Source of the DNA: Laetmonice hystrix
Lineage: Eukaryota
Reading direction: 5' to 3'
Length of the DNA: 64,000 bases
NCBI GenBank assembly: GCA_965235115.1
Contig: OZ249436.1
Location: forward strand, 26,414,001-26,478,000
The translations under genes were made by a program, and so were the position numbers. Numbering within the stretch: position 1 is the first letter of the stretch; every line of letters starts with the position of its first letter. The notes beneath the pieces are model-generated. The model saw nothing but the letters and a program-made list of their open reading frames with translations. It had not been told where the DNA came from and did no database searches. Positions 50,254-61,200 of this stretch are shown here, in pieces.

Positions 50254-51121
50254 GCTATATTTACGGTTTACCAAAGCATAAACTGTAACATAACATAAAG
50301 AATACCCACTTCGAAAAATAAGAATAATACAAAGGTGAACAATGTGCCCTGTTTCCTTGCGTTTTTGAACTTTATATCTATTTCATAAGTACCAGAAAGC
50401 CGACGTTTCCGGTAGCGAGCGGAACTACTCGGTCATTTTCTTCAACATTCAACATTATTTCAATACGGAAATGGCCGAGGAGTTCCGAGTGGACGGAAAA
50501 CTCGCCACTTTACGTACGGAAGGCGAGTGGGTCGGAGCGGCGGTTCGACCACGGGCCGCCCCCCCCCCCCCAGTCGAAGGTATCCCGATCGCCTCGGGCC
50601 ACCGCCGCCCGACAATGACCGACAGCGCTGCTTGTGCCAGCAAAATATCATTTTAGCGCAAACGGTTATCGTGGCCTCGCGTTTAGCAATGCAACCACTC
50701 GGCTGTTATAAATGCAAACGATTTGACATCAAAGGAACCGCCTGCGGCAAGATATATATGTTATAAAATACAAACTGTATTAAAGCATTAAAACCCTATC
50801 ATACAATGCTAGATTTAATGTTGGACTAAGTATATACATTCTATATCCGTGCCAGAACGTGATATCACCTAAGGACGACTACTAATAAGTTGTTTTATGA
50901 TTCGAACTCCTTATAGCAAAGTAGGGGCTATCATGACAGATGATTCAGATCTATAAACACATCACGTGGAGTAAACGGAACACAATTCACTGCAGTGATA
51001 AATGTCTGTGAAAACATGTTCTTATAAACGTGCAACACGGATGATGGACACAAGAGAAAGCCTAACAGAATCCTACACGATATTAATATCGGGTGGATAA
51101 AAAAAACGCCCCGAACTTTAA

Positions 51122-51648
51122 AGGGAGTCGTAAAATTCATTTTTTTCGATTTATGGCAGTCTTAGAAACATATGATTCGCATACCTTGGACTCCCAGTAA
51201 CATCATGTGAGACTGTTATGGCCCAGCGACCAGTATTTAGTAAGGAAAATATGCCAAATCTCTCGCAAATACGTAGCTCAGAATTAGCGAGCGGCCCACA
51301 GGATATTTGAGTTGGCCGCGGTCGGGCGATGATGACGCGTGATCACGTGACTTCCGGGTGTGGAAGGGAATCTCCCTCTAGTCTAGTGTTGACCTAAATA
51401 CCGCATGTACACCCGGAAGTCACGTGATCACGCGTCATCATCGCCCGACCGCGGCCAACTCAAATATCCTGTGGGCCGCTCGCTAATTCTGAGCTACGTA
51501 TTTGCGAGAGATTTGGCATATTTTCCTTACTAAATACTGGTCGCTGGGCCATAACAGTCTCACATGATGTTACTGGGAGTCCAAGGTATGCGAATCATAT
51601 GTTTCTAAGATTGCCATAAATCGAAAAAAATGAATTTTACGACTCCCT
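51122..51648. mobile_element. Kolobok-like palindromic MITE, 240-bp near-perfect arms
   Basis: TTAA|AGGGAGTCGTAAAATTC ... GAATTTTACGACTCCCT|TTAA; arms 51122-51361 and 51409-51648 with one mismatch seen and a 47-bp spacer. Confidence 0.93.
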
Positions 51649-53526
51649 TTAAACTTCAATATTTCAAAAAGTAATGATTGTAATTTAATGAATTTTTTCT
51701 TAATATCACTTCATGATGTTGTCTCTTAGTTGTTAATGTTACAACTCAATAGCTTGGATAATAATGCCGTGGGGCTAAAAACAAAAATCATTGTACAAAA
51801 GCGCAATGCCGGGCTAAAGCGAGTTGTAGTCGCACCCAGAGTGCCTGGCCTCACACTCGAGTAGGTGGTCAATCGGTCCCCGGCTTTCTCTTCATGCTGC
51901 TGTCAGTCTCTTTTTCCATGAGTCAATGCACTTCCTGATCTCTGATAGGGAAATATCTTCCCAACATTGGGAAATACGCAACGTTCTGAACGTGTTGACG
52001 TGATAATGATACGATTTCCCTTGAACTTCTGGGCCCTGTTTCATAAACCACGACCAAAAAAGAACGATAATTCTTAAAAAATCGTAGCAGGAGTGATAAT
52101 CGTTACGATATATCGTCGGTTTCGTTTCATAAAGTGCATCGTTGAAGAAAATTAAAATCGTTACATATTTGAAAATCGTTCCTCGTCGACCCTGGGTAAG
52201 ACCACCGGGAACCAGTTGAATGAACTGAATAGTGACGTCAGGAGGGAAATTCCGGGAATACCCCCTTGAAACATGCTTGTTCTGCCTTATGCACGTACAT
52301 CCGTATGTCCGTAGACAGCGATTTCTCAGAAGTGTATGGGTCGATTTCTTTGAAACTTCACACAGTGATCAGGGATGATCTGAGTATGATGCACGTCAAA
52401 CAGTTTTTTGATATTATTCAAAAAATGGCCGCTTGGCGGCCATCTTGGATGTAAACACATTTTCATCAATAGCTCAGCTAAAACAATCACGATTTCTTTC
52501 AAACCTGGTCCAGGGAGGAGGCATAATGATGACCAATATGCATCGCAATACAATTTCAATTCAGATCCAAAATGGCGACATGGCGGCCATATTTGTTTCT
52601 TGACTCCCCACAATGACACTGTTTTGGCTTATATCTCGAAAACGGTGCAAGATGACGCAATAGTTACTATAATTGATAGATAGGAAGTCATATATGAAGT
52701 TTCATTTGGCGCCATTTTCCATGACCTTGAGCGACCTTGAAGATAACAACCTCTTGCATGAAACATTTCATAATAACCAGGGACAGTCTAAGGAGGACAC
52801 AGGTCAAACATATCATTAAAAATGGCAGCTTGGTGGCCATCTTGGATATGAAGAAATTCGAAACAATAACTCTGACATTTTCTGTCCTTCTTTCTTGGTG
52901 ACAGAAGGCATGAGGGGCAACAAGCGTGCCAAAAGTACACATAGTTCCTGAATAATTAGTCCCTACTCAGTTGGTGGGTTGTGACTCTGACGGGGTCTGG
53001 TGAAATTTACTAATATTATTAAAAATTGAGAGAGAAAATCATGAATTTCCATGAATTTAACAAACCTCCAAAGGTCAATCAAGGTCAAACATATTTGCAA
53101 TTGCCTGTATCTACAAAATACTTCACGCCGGATAACGCTATCAAACTTTACATAACTGACCTCTAAAGGTCAATCAAGGTCAAGCATACATGTATTTGCA
53201 ATTGCCTGTATCTAGACAAAACACTTCACGTCGGATAACACTATCAAATTGTACATAACTGCATAGTTACTATAAGATGCGGACGAAGTACATACGAAGT
53301 TTCATTTGGCAATATTTATTTTCTTTGCCCTTCAAAGATCAATTGAAGTCGTGCATCGTTTCTTCAAGAATCCATAGTTCTTGGTGGGAGCTATAAGCTT
53401 CCCAAGCTTGTTTATAATGGGCTGGTATGGTAAAAAAACATAAGTAGTATTTCTGCTGAATGGAAAACACTACACCGTATAGACCTATAGTAGATACCTA
53501 GCTAGGGCTAGTACTAAGACTTAGTG

Positions 53527-53875
53527 GGGACCGGGGTGGCGCAGTGGTTAGAGCACGGGACCTTTGATCCAAAGGTCCTGGGTTCGATCCGCCGCCGCGC
53601 CGGACTTTCCTGCATAAGCAGTGCTGCCGACTGCTTTATCAAAGGCCGGCCGTGTCACGATACGTCTATGTGGAGGGGCACGTTAAAGATCCCTTGGCAC
53701 CTATCGATAAGAGTAGGGGTTCGCCCCGATTCCAGGTTTCCTCCTATCATCTCATTATCACCCAATGGATTTCACCGACTGAGTTAGTTACCTTGTTCTC
53801 GCCCTGAAATAGCTGAAATACTGCTGACTGGGCGTTAAACACCAACTACTCACTCACTCACTCACTCACTCACTC
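53527..53875 (+). mobile_element. tRNA-derived SINE with (CACT)n tail
   Basis: A box TGGCGCAGTGG (53537), B box GGTTCGATCC (53581), central CACGTTAAAGATCCC motif, (CACT)n tail and a 14-bp TSD ACTAAGACTTAGTG. Confidence 0.9.
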
Positions 53876-54894
53876 ACTAAGACTTAGTGCTTGTTATCCG
53901 GTAAATAAAGGATAAAATCATGTAGGCCTACATTGTAGGCATACATGTCTTATGTTTTGCCCTCCACAAGAAACCCCATGTCCCGGATGCTCCCAGTAAA
54001 GAACACAAAGAACACAAAGCGAAGAAAATTTCATCATCTCCCAAGATAAAGCGCCAGGGCCCCGTTGCATATTTTTTTCCCTTAAGGATCACTAAAACCT
54101 TTACGATCCTTAATTTTTTGCGACTACTAAGGGCCCTACTGACCGTGCCGTTGCATATCAGATACCCCATGTTGTCACAAGGGTTAGCGCTCGCAATGTT
54201 AGAAGTCGCTATCTGCAACGCGCCCAATATTAGCAGTCGTTACACAATCCCCATTAGTGGTCGTAAAAGTACCTGAGAGCAACACCTCACTGCGACACCA
54301 GCTTCTTGAGGAAGGTTCCCTAATTAGTCGTCAGGGGGCGGAATGGGTAGACCGGACTGGACCTTGTATGTTGCTTTATGTCAACAATTGTCCATGTTCG
54401 TCACAGCCGGTCTTTTATGAGTTGTAAAATAACACATAAAAATACATACAGACATTTTTGTAAGCCTGTTGACCCATAGGCTACACGACGAAGATTGATA
54501 TGGAGAGCGCATTGTGGAACCATTAGGCCTATGTCAAATTTGACCAGGATAATTGGAAGAGATCTACTTCAAAATCGTACATTAATTTTATGTGAGATGT
54601 GACGTGTGACCCAGTCCTTACGAAGGTCAAAAGTCATCAGTAAAATATTGGTAAAAAATGTACTAATTAGGAACCAGCTCACATATTTTAGTTGCATTCA
54701 TTTGTGTGGTCAGAGCCCTTTAAATAGTGAAACTTGTAGGTCACGTAACTTATATCAACAAATCTATACCAAATTGGGCTAAACCCCACAGTGTATGGGA
54801 ACTCATTGGAAGGAGTATTCTCCCTGGGTTAGCGGTCAGCTGTGGGGATGGTTTTCAGAATAATTTGGAGTTACGAATAAAAATCAGAAAAAAA

Positions 54895-54957
54895 GTGGGA
54901 TTCGAACCCATGATGTCCAGCTTTTCGTTCGGGTGTGTTACCCACTCAGCCATTGAG
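54895..54957 (-). other. Degenerate tRNA-like/SINE-head fragment
   Basis: The minus strand reads TGGCTGAGTGG ... GGTTCGAATCCCAC (A and B boxes); no convincing acceptor stem or SINE body. Confidence 0.35.
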
Positions 54958-56022
54958 ACACACATACCTACAAGTACGAAGGTCCTATCTAGAATATGTG
55001 AATGACGTCATGACGCGAAAAAGTCATGTCACAGGAGACACTTTTCATAAATTTGGCTTATCATCCTACCTTCTTTAAGCACAACAATTTTCATTAAGAT
55101 CTGTTGAAAACTGCCAGAGATATGACCGTTTTGGTAGGTGATCCCTCCCCTAAATATAAGAGAAATGTTTTGTGTGTCTTGACACATAGGCAGCAGTGAC
55201 ACCTTACGATCACAGCTGTCAAATTTACCTGTGAGAGAAAGTCTGTCATTTTGTCTATATCGGTCAACAACTAACGTGGATTACTAGAACCCCTCCAGGT
55301 ACGTATTGTTTTTCACTTTCCCCTCAATTGCCACACAAATGTCCAAGCCACATGTCACAGTTTTAATACAGAAAGTTGGAATTCATGTATACGAATATCC
55401 CTCCCACACAAAGTCAGGGACTGCAGTGGAAACAACCAAAGTACGTTAGCCACCAGCAGCTGCGGTGTCAAGAGCACACAGCCTGCACCGTAATCTTGCA
55501 GTTGTTAAGCAGGGAAATAATAATACATACCGTCTTCCCGCGAGAGCTCCGGCCCCGTTGCATATTCAAGAACCGGCCGATAAGGATTGTTAAAATGATC
55601 GAAAGTGTTGCACAGATTTAGCAGTCACTAAAATCAGAGTGTTGCATAAGAAAGAGGTCACAAATAGTGGTCCTTATAGGCGTTGCACAAAGTAGCGCTC
55701 CTTAAGCGAGGTCTCTCTGTACGATTGCTAAACCGCCTAACAGTTGCTAAAATGGTTGCTAGAGGCCTCCGATAAGGCCCACCAAAAAGGTGCGCGCTAA
55801 AGGCTGGAAGAGTGGAGTGTCTCATCTACCTGGAGCCTACACGAGTGACATATGGGGTATACGTTGTATTTATGGGTCGGAACTCTTTGTAGCATGTATA
55901 ATGCAAGTCCAGATACTGATACTGAATTAATTCATAAATTTAAGGATGGTCAGTTTATAGTAGAATGGGGGAGAAGCTGAGAAATTAGGTTATAGCAAAA
56001 ATACCGCCGTTAAAATCGTTTG

Positions 56023-56201
56023 CAGGGGCGGATCGAGGGGGTGGGGGCGCACCCCCCCATAAAAATGGCTTGCACCCATACTTTGCGTAGCGCACAGTTT
56101 ACCACTCAGACTCCACGCCCCCTCCACCCCACGCCCCCCTCCACCCCACGCCCCCCTCCACCCCACGCCCCCCCCCTACAAAAATCCTGAATCCGCCCTT
56201 G
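56023..56201. mobile_element. CAGGGGCGGATC-type MITE with 5-bp TSD
   Basis: GTTTG|CAGGGGCGGATC ... GAATCCGCCCTTG|GTTTG, with an internal 17-bp C-rich repeat. Confidence 0.8.
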
Positions 56202-56341
56202 GTTTGTTCACTGATAACAAAGGATAACATGGAGCTAACAAGGATAAAGCTGGCCAGCACACAGATGGTTGTGAAAAGATTTACAGGGATCGTATAGGCC
56301 TATAGATGTGTGAGTCACTGGTTAGACACTGATCACCGTAC

Positions 56342-57130
56342 AGTTGTATCCTCACTGGACGCGTGCGACGCGAGCGTTTATTTTAGAAGTAATGGAAATG
56401 AATGGAGCCATCTGCACTGGCCGCGCGCGACGCGCGCGACATTCTTTGTGACGCGCTCCATTCATTTCCATTATTTCTTTTAAAAAAAACGCGCGCGTCG
56501 CTCGCGTCGCACGCGTCCAGTGAGGATACAGCTTGAGCCATCTGCACTGGCCGCGCGCGACGCGCGCGTCATTTTTTGTGACGCGCGCGTCGCGACACAG
56601 ATAGGACTGGTTCTATTTTTGTCGCGACAAAAGACATCTTGACCAATCAGAAGTGAGATCTACGCGTCGCGACACAGATAGGACTGGTTCTATTTTTGTC
56701 GCGACAAAAGACATCTTGACCAATCAGAAGTGAGATCTACGACCTTAAACTTTGTTCAAGAGCGTCAAGAGACTAATATACACCTATACACGCCTATAGC
56801 CTACTCATTTTTAATTAATTTTAACACTGTATCTCAGGGAAACCCCGAGCTATTATGTAGGCCTATACCTCTAGAACTCTCATTCAAGAGCACGAGCTTT
56901 AATTCGTAATGCAAAAAATTATGAATTGTTTTCCTGTGCCCCCTTCCCCTTTAGGCTTTAGTGATATCCTGGACCCGCAATTGATAGACACGCATAATGT
57001 ATACGTATATGTTCCCAGGCCCGTAGCCTATACGCAGACGTATCACGCGCATCTGGTGAGGATAGAAAAAATATCGCGTCGCACGCATCGTACGCGTCGC
57101 TCGCGTCGCACGCGTCCAGTGAGGATACAG
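56342..57130. mobile_element. Rearranged CG-rich MITE cluster (foldback 56342-56533 plus an adjacent copy with a ~78-bp internal duplication)
   Basis: The end motif TGTATCCTCACTGGACGCGTGCGACGCGAGCG at 56345 recurs inverted at ~56500-56530 and ~57098-57129. AGCCATCTGCACTGGCCGCG occurs twice. Confidence 0.65.
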
Positions 57131-57191
57131 GAGGATCTCGATACTCGCTTCGCGTGTTTTTGTCCAAGTTGCAAGGGTTACGGTGCATCAA

Positions 57192-57563
57192 TACGGAAGC
57201 CCGTTAATGCCACAATGTGAACATATTTCATATAGCCGCCGCGACATAATTATGTGGCGGCCGTGACATAATTATGTGGCGGCCGCGACATAATTATGTA
57301 GCGGCCGCGACATAATAACTGGCGGCCGCGACATAATCATGTGGCGGCCGCCAGTTATTATGTCGCGGCCGCCAGTTATTATGTTGCGGCCGCCAGTTAT
57401 TATGTCGCGGCCGCCAGTTATTATGTCGCGGCCGCCAGTTGTTATGTCGCGGCTGCCAGTTATTATGTCGCGGCCGCCACATAATTATGTCGCGGCCGCC
57501 AGTTATTATGTCGCGGCGGCTATATGAAATATTTTCACATTGTGGCATCAACGGGCTTCCGTA
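57192..57563. mobile_element. TACGG..CCGTA MITE, 6-bp TSD (IS3EU-like termini)
   Basis: CATCAA|TACGGAAGCCCGTTAATGCCACAATGTG ... CACATTGTGGCATCAACGGGCTTCCGTA|CATCAA; the interior is an inverted array of 21-22-bp GCGGCCGC units. Confidence 0.85.
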
Positions 57564-57654
57564 CATCAACAACATCAGGACAACGTCTAAATAACATGAT
57601 AACAGCGTAGACTGCCGTTTGTCTTATTTCAGGGTCCTACCGTGCAGGGCTTAA

Positions 57655-58229
57655 AAGGAAATGTGAGTGTTCAAAGCGCCACCTAGTGAGTCGCGTTGGT
57701 ACCACGGGGGAAATGTGAGTAATCAAAGCGCCGCGTAGTGAGCTTTAACAGAAAAATGTTTGGCTTATTTATGCAGTCAACTTTATAGTTTGATGTGGAA
57801 ATCGGTAGTATTTTTTAAACGATGAACCAAACTGTGTGCCAGAACCTGTCTACTCCATTGAATGCTATAGTTAAGACCCGTGTTTTACCAAGGCACTGAC
57901 TGTTTGGCAGGCTGTAACTTTTTGTTGATTCGGTGACCCCCAATTTATTTTGTTTTAAACTATTAGTCCTGATCCACTTTATCTTGTCACCGAGTTTCAG
58001 GAGAAAATTGGTGGTCATTTTTTCACTATTAGTCAAAATGTCTGAAAAATCCTGTTTCCCCCATTGAAACCTATAGTAAAGACCCATTTTTTACGGAGGC
58101 CTGTATAAAAAAATCTAATTCGGTGACATATGATTTTTTTTGTTTCTTTGTACTCCTAAGGACAAAGGCTATCCCCCATAAAAATATTTTGAAAATTCTA
58201 GTGGTCGATTCGAACACTCACATTTCCCT
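57655..58229. mobile_element. Kolobok-like MITE (TTAA TSD)
   Basis: TTAA|AAGGAAATGTGAGTGTTC ... GAACACTCACATTTCCCT|TTAA; the rejoined flanks resemble GTGCAGGGCTTAAATTA at ~49371. Confidence 0.8.
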
Positions 58230-61200
58230 TTAAATTAAGAGAAAATTGATGCGGCAATGATACCCGTAACGCCAATTTAACACCAATTTAAGTTGGTGAA
58301 ATAATAGACGGTGAATCTTAGACTTATCATTTCAAACTTGTTTGATTTTTTGTTTGATTTTGCCAAGCCTTAGGGCCTAAAGGGAATTGTACCTAGGGCT
58401 AGGCCTACACCTTTTTTAACATCTGCGCCTTTATAGGCGTCCTTCAATATAAAACTATGATACAACATAAATATGGGTTCTCTTTGTTGTCAATGCAGAG
58501 AAATTGAACTGCTTGAACTACACCTAGTTTTAGTTGAAGCGAGACTTCCTTCATCTCGGATCGGCGTAACGCGCGTTACGGTGATCAGTGTCATAACCAG
58601 TCATTGTGCCGTTGTTGTCTCAACTTGATTGACAGATCTATAACAAACCACTCTGAAAAAATTGCGCACTTTAAAAAATATTTTCAAAATGCGTTAAATG
58701 TTGAACCACCTCAACGCACTATGATTTCTTTTTCAAAGTGCGTTAAGATTCGGGTCCACTTCAACGCACTTTAAAAAAGAAAACTGAAAGTGCGTTGACG
58801 TGGACCCAATTCTTAACGGACTTTGAACAATGTTTAAGTGCGTAATTTCAAAGTGGGGTTGTTACACATGCACCTTGGCGACAATAGTTTAGAGCCGGAG
58901 TGAAGGGTTGGAAGGCCATTTGGGACTGACAAAAAGTGGTCACAATGCGGAGTAGTCTTAATAGGAGTGCCCGCTATTGTGGGGTTTTGACAAACATTAA
59001 ATAGATAAATACATTTAAAAAACATTAAATAAAAAAAACGGGACTGAGCCAAACTGGCCGTAATTAAGGGTAAATATTACTGGCGATTGCTCGTAACAGA
59101 CAGGAACACGATCTATCTTTCGATACAGGCTATATAGACTTTGTGTAGGAGATGAGGGGTATTCCTACATGAATTCAAGCTTTCTGTATAAACTGTGACA
59201 TCTGGCTTAGACATTTGTGTGGCAATTGGGGAAATATATAATAAAATATAATAAAATATAATGTCAACCTTTAGCAAAAAATCATTAAAATACTTTGAAT
59301 TAACACTAAAAGTACTTTATTATTATGTTATTTTACGACTCATAAAAGACCGGCTTTGGTGAACATGGACAATTGTTGACATGAAGCAACATACAAGGCC
59401 AAGTCCGGTCTACCCATTTCGCCCCCTGACGACTAATTAGGGAACTGCCTCAAGAAGCTGGTGTCGCAGTGAGGTGTTGCTCTCAGGTACTTTTACGCTA
59501 ATATTGGGCGCGTTGCAGATAGCGACTTCTAACATTGCGAGCGCTAACCCTTGTGACAACATGGGGTATCTGATATGCAACGGCACGGTCAGTAGAGCCC
59601 TTAGTAGTCGCAAAAAAATAAGGATCGTAAAGGTTTTTGGTGATCCTTAAGGGGGAAAAAATTAATATGCAACAGGGCCGGGAACTGCCTGGTGTTGCAG
59701 TGAGGTGCTGCTCTCAGGTACTTTTACGACCACTAATGGGGATTGTGTAACGACTGGTAATATTGGGCGCGTTGCAGATAGCGACTTCTAACATTGCGAG
59801 CGCTAACCTAGTCGCAAAAAAATAAGGATCGTAAAGGTTTTAGTGATCCTTAAGGGGAAAAAATATGCAATGGCGCCCTGGTAGATGGGACACACTCCAC
59901 TCTTCCACTCTTCTCCACTCCACCTTTTTGGTGGGCCTTAGTGGAGGCCTCTAGCAACCATTTTAGGAACTGTTAGGCGGTTCAGCGATTGTACAGAGAG
60001 ACCCCCCTAAGGAGCGCTACTTTGTGCAACACCTTTAAGGACCACTATTTGCGACCTCTTTTTATGCAACACTCTGATTTTAGTGACTGCTAAATCTGTA
60101 ATATGCAACGCTTTTGAACATTTTAACGATCCTTATCGGCCGGTTCTTGAATATGCAACGGGGCCCAGATGAGAGAGGCACAGTATGGACTCCCTCAATA
60201 TCCATCACCTCCCCTACGGCCCGGCTAACGGTGGGCTTGCTAACGTCCTATAGAGGTCGCTCAGAACTCTGTAGTTGGGCCCTGTCGCGTAGTAGCACAG
60301 GGCCAAACACATCTGCAAAATGAGGAAGGGGTTATTAACATATTTTTTAGTGAGTTAGTTTTAGGCCTACACAGCTGATATAGGCATCTTAATTACTTTA
60401 AGAGGAATGACCTTATTTAAGAAGTATACCATATTTATTTCTAAGTAATACATTTGGGAAATTTTGAATAAATGTTAGGTTCTTGACACAAATTCAAGCT
60501 TTGACTATATGCATGATACTACTCGGGTCGCCGGACGTTGAGCAAAACGGCGAGTCTTCATATGTTCTTGAAAGGGCGATCACTGTGTCCAGCCGATACC
60601 GTTTCCCGAATAAGTCGCCGTCAAACCTATTAATTGGGTTTATTCACGCGAAGAACCACCGACGCCTCCTTCTCCCCTCCATAAATGACGGTTGTAATAA
60701 AATTCCGCCAAAATTCACTCATTTCCTGCTTTTATATTATCCTACGACAACCCTCGGGGTGGTCGTGGCCAACGACGATATTTTCGAGGAAATCACGATT
60801 GAAAAAAAGCCAAGAACGATTTTATGAAACACTTGAGCGATTTTTCATTTGGTCGTGACAAATTTATCGTTCTTCGACAAGAACGATCTTTTATGAAACA
60901 GAATCTATCGTACATCGACAATATGATTAAATGTAATGCAAGATTTTTTATGAAACAGGGCCCTGGTACACAGTCATATCGTCCTAATGTTGCAGTTTCT
61001 CTATAGGGTTTGGCACATTAAACATCTGGTTTTCTCAAGAAGTATTAGGAATAGCACATAATTTATTATATCTAGTGGTCCACAACATTAGATCTATACA
61101 TACTGTAAAACATGCAGAAACTAAATATTGATTTTTTTTACGCAAGGTACAATGCGGTGCATCAAACAGGTGTTAAATCGCACACCTGGCAGCCGCATGA

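Larger units (their letters stand above)
56318..58600. mobile_element. Harbinger-like element (TCA TSD), nest layer 5
   Basis: TCA|CTGGTTAGACACTGATCACCGTA ... TACGGTGATCAGTGTCATAACCAG|TCA. Confidence 0.75.
55551..59877. mobile_element. Second copy of the layer-3 family inserted in inverted orientation (layer 4), with a partly duplicated A end
   Basis: 55551-55830 is the reverse complement of 59881-60165, and 59325-59679 of 54058-54435. 59681-59877 repeats part of the A end. 55320-55415 matches 59137-59233 inverted. Confidence 0.78.
54058..60165. mobile_element. Harbinger-like element (CAG TSD), nest layer 3
   Basis: CAG|GGCCCCGTTGCATATT ... AATATGCAACGGGGCC|CAG; the two ends are distinct (end A 54058-54440, end B 59881-60165). 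Confidence 0.82.
52032..60962. mobile_element. Harbinger-like element (CTG TSD), nest layer 2
   Basis: CTG|GGCCCTGTTTCATAAA ... TTTATGAAACAGGGCC|CTG, with ACGAT/ATCGT-rich subterminal regions at both ends. Confidence 0.78.

Noticed and set aside
50471..50530. Possible first exon of a + strand gene (MAEEFRVDGKLATLRTE) in a GC-rich patch with a GC-type donor
   Set aside because: No recognisable homology and no compatible downstream exon found.
52266..53400. Helentron/HINE-like repeat (ATGGCGGCCAT and TGACCTTGA motifs)
   Set aside because: Probably a repeat, but I could not define termini or a diagnostic hairpin.
53527..53602. Functional tRNA gene
   Set aside because: A and B boxes are present, but the sequence continues into a SINE body, tail and TSD, and the acceptor and anticodon arms are not canonical.
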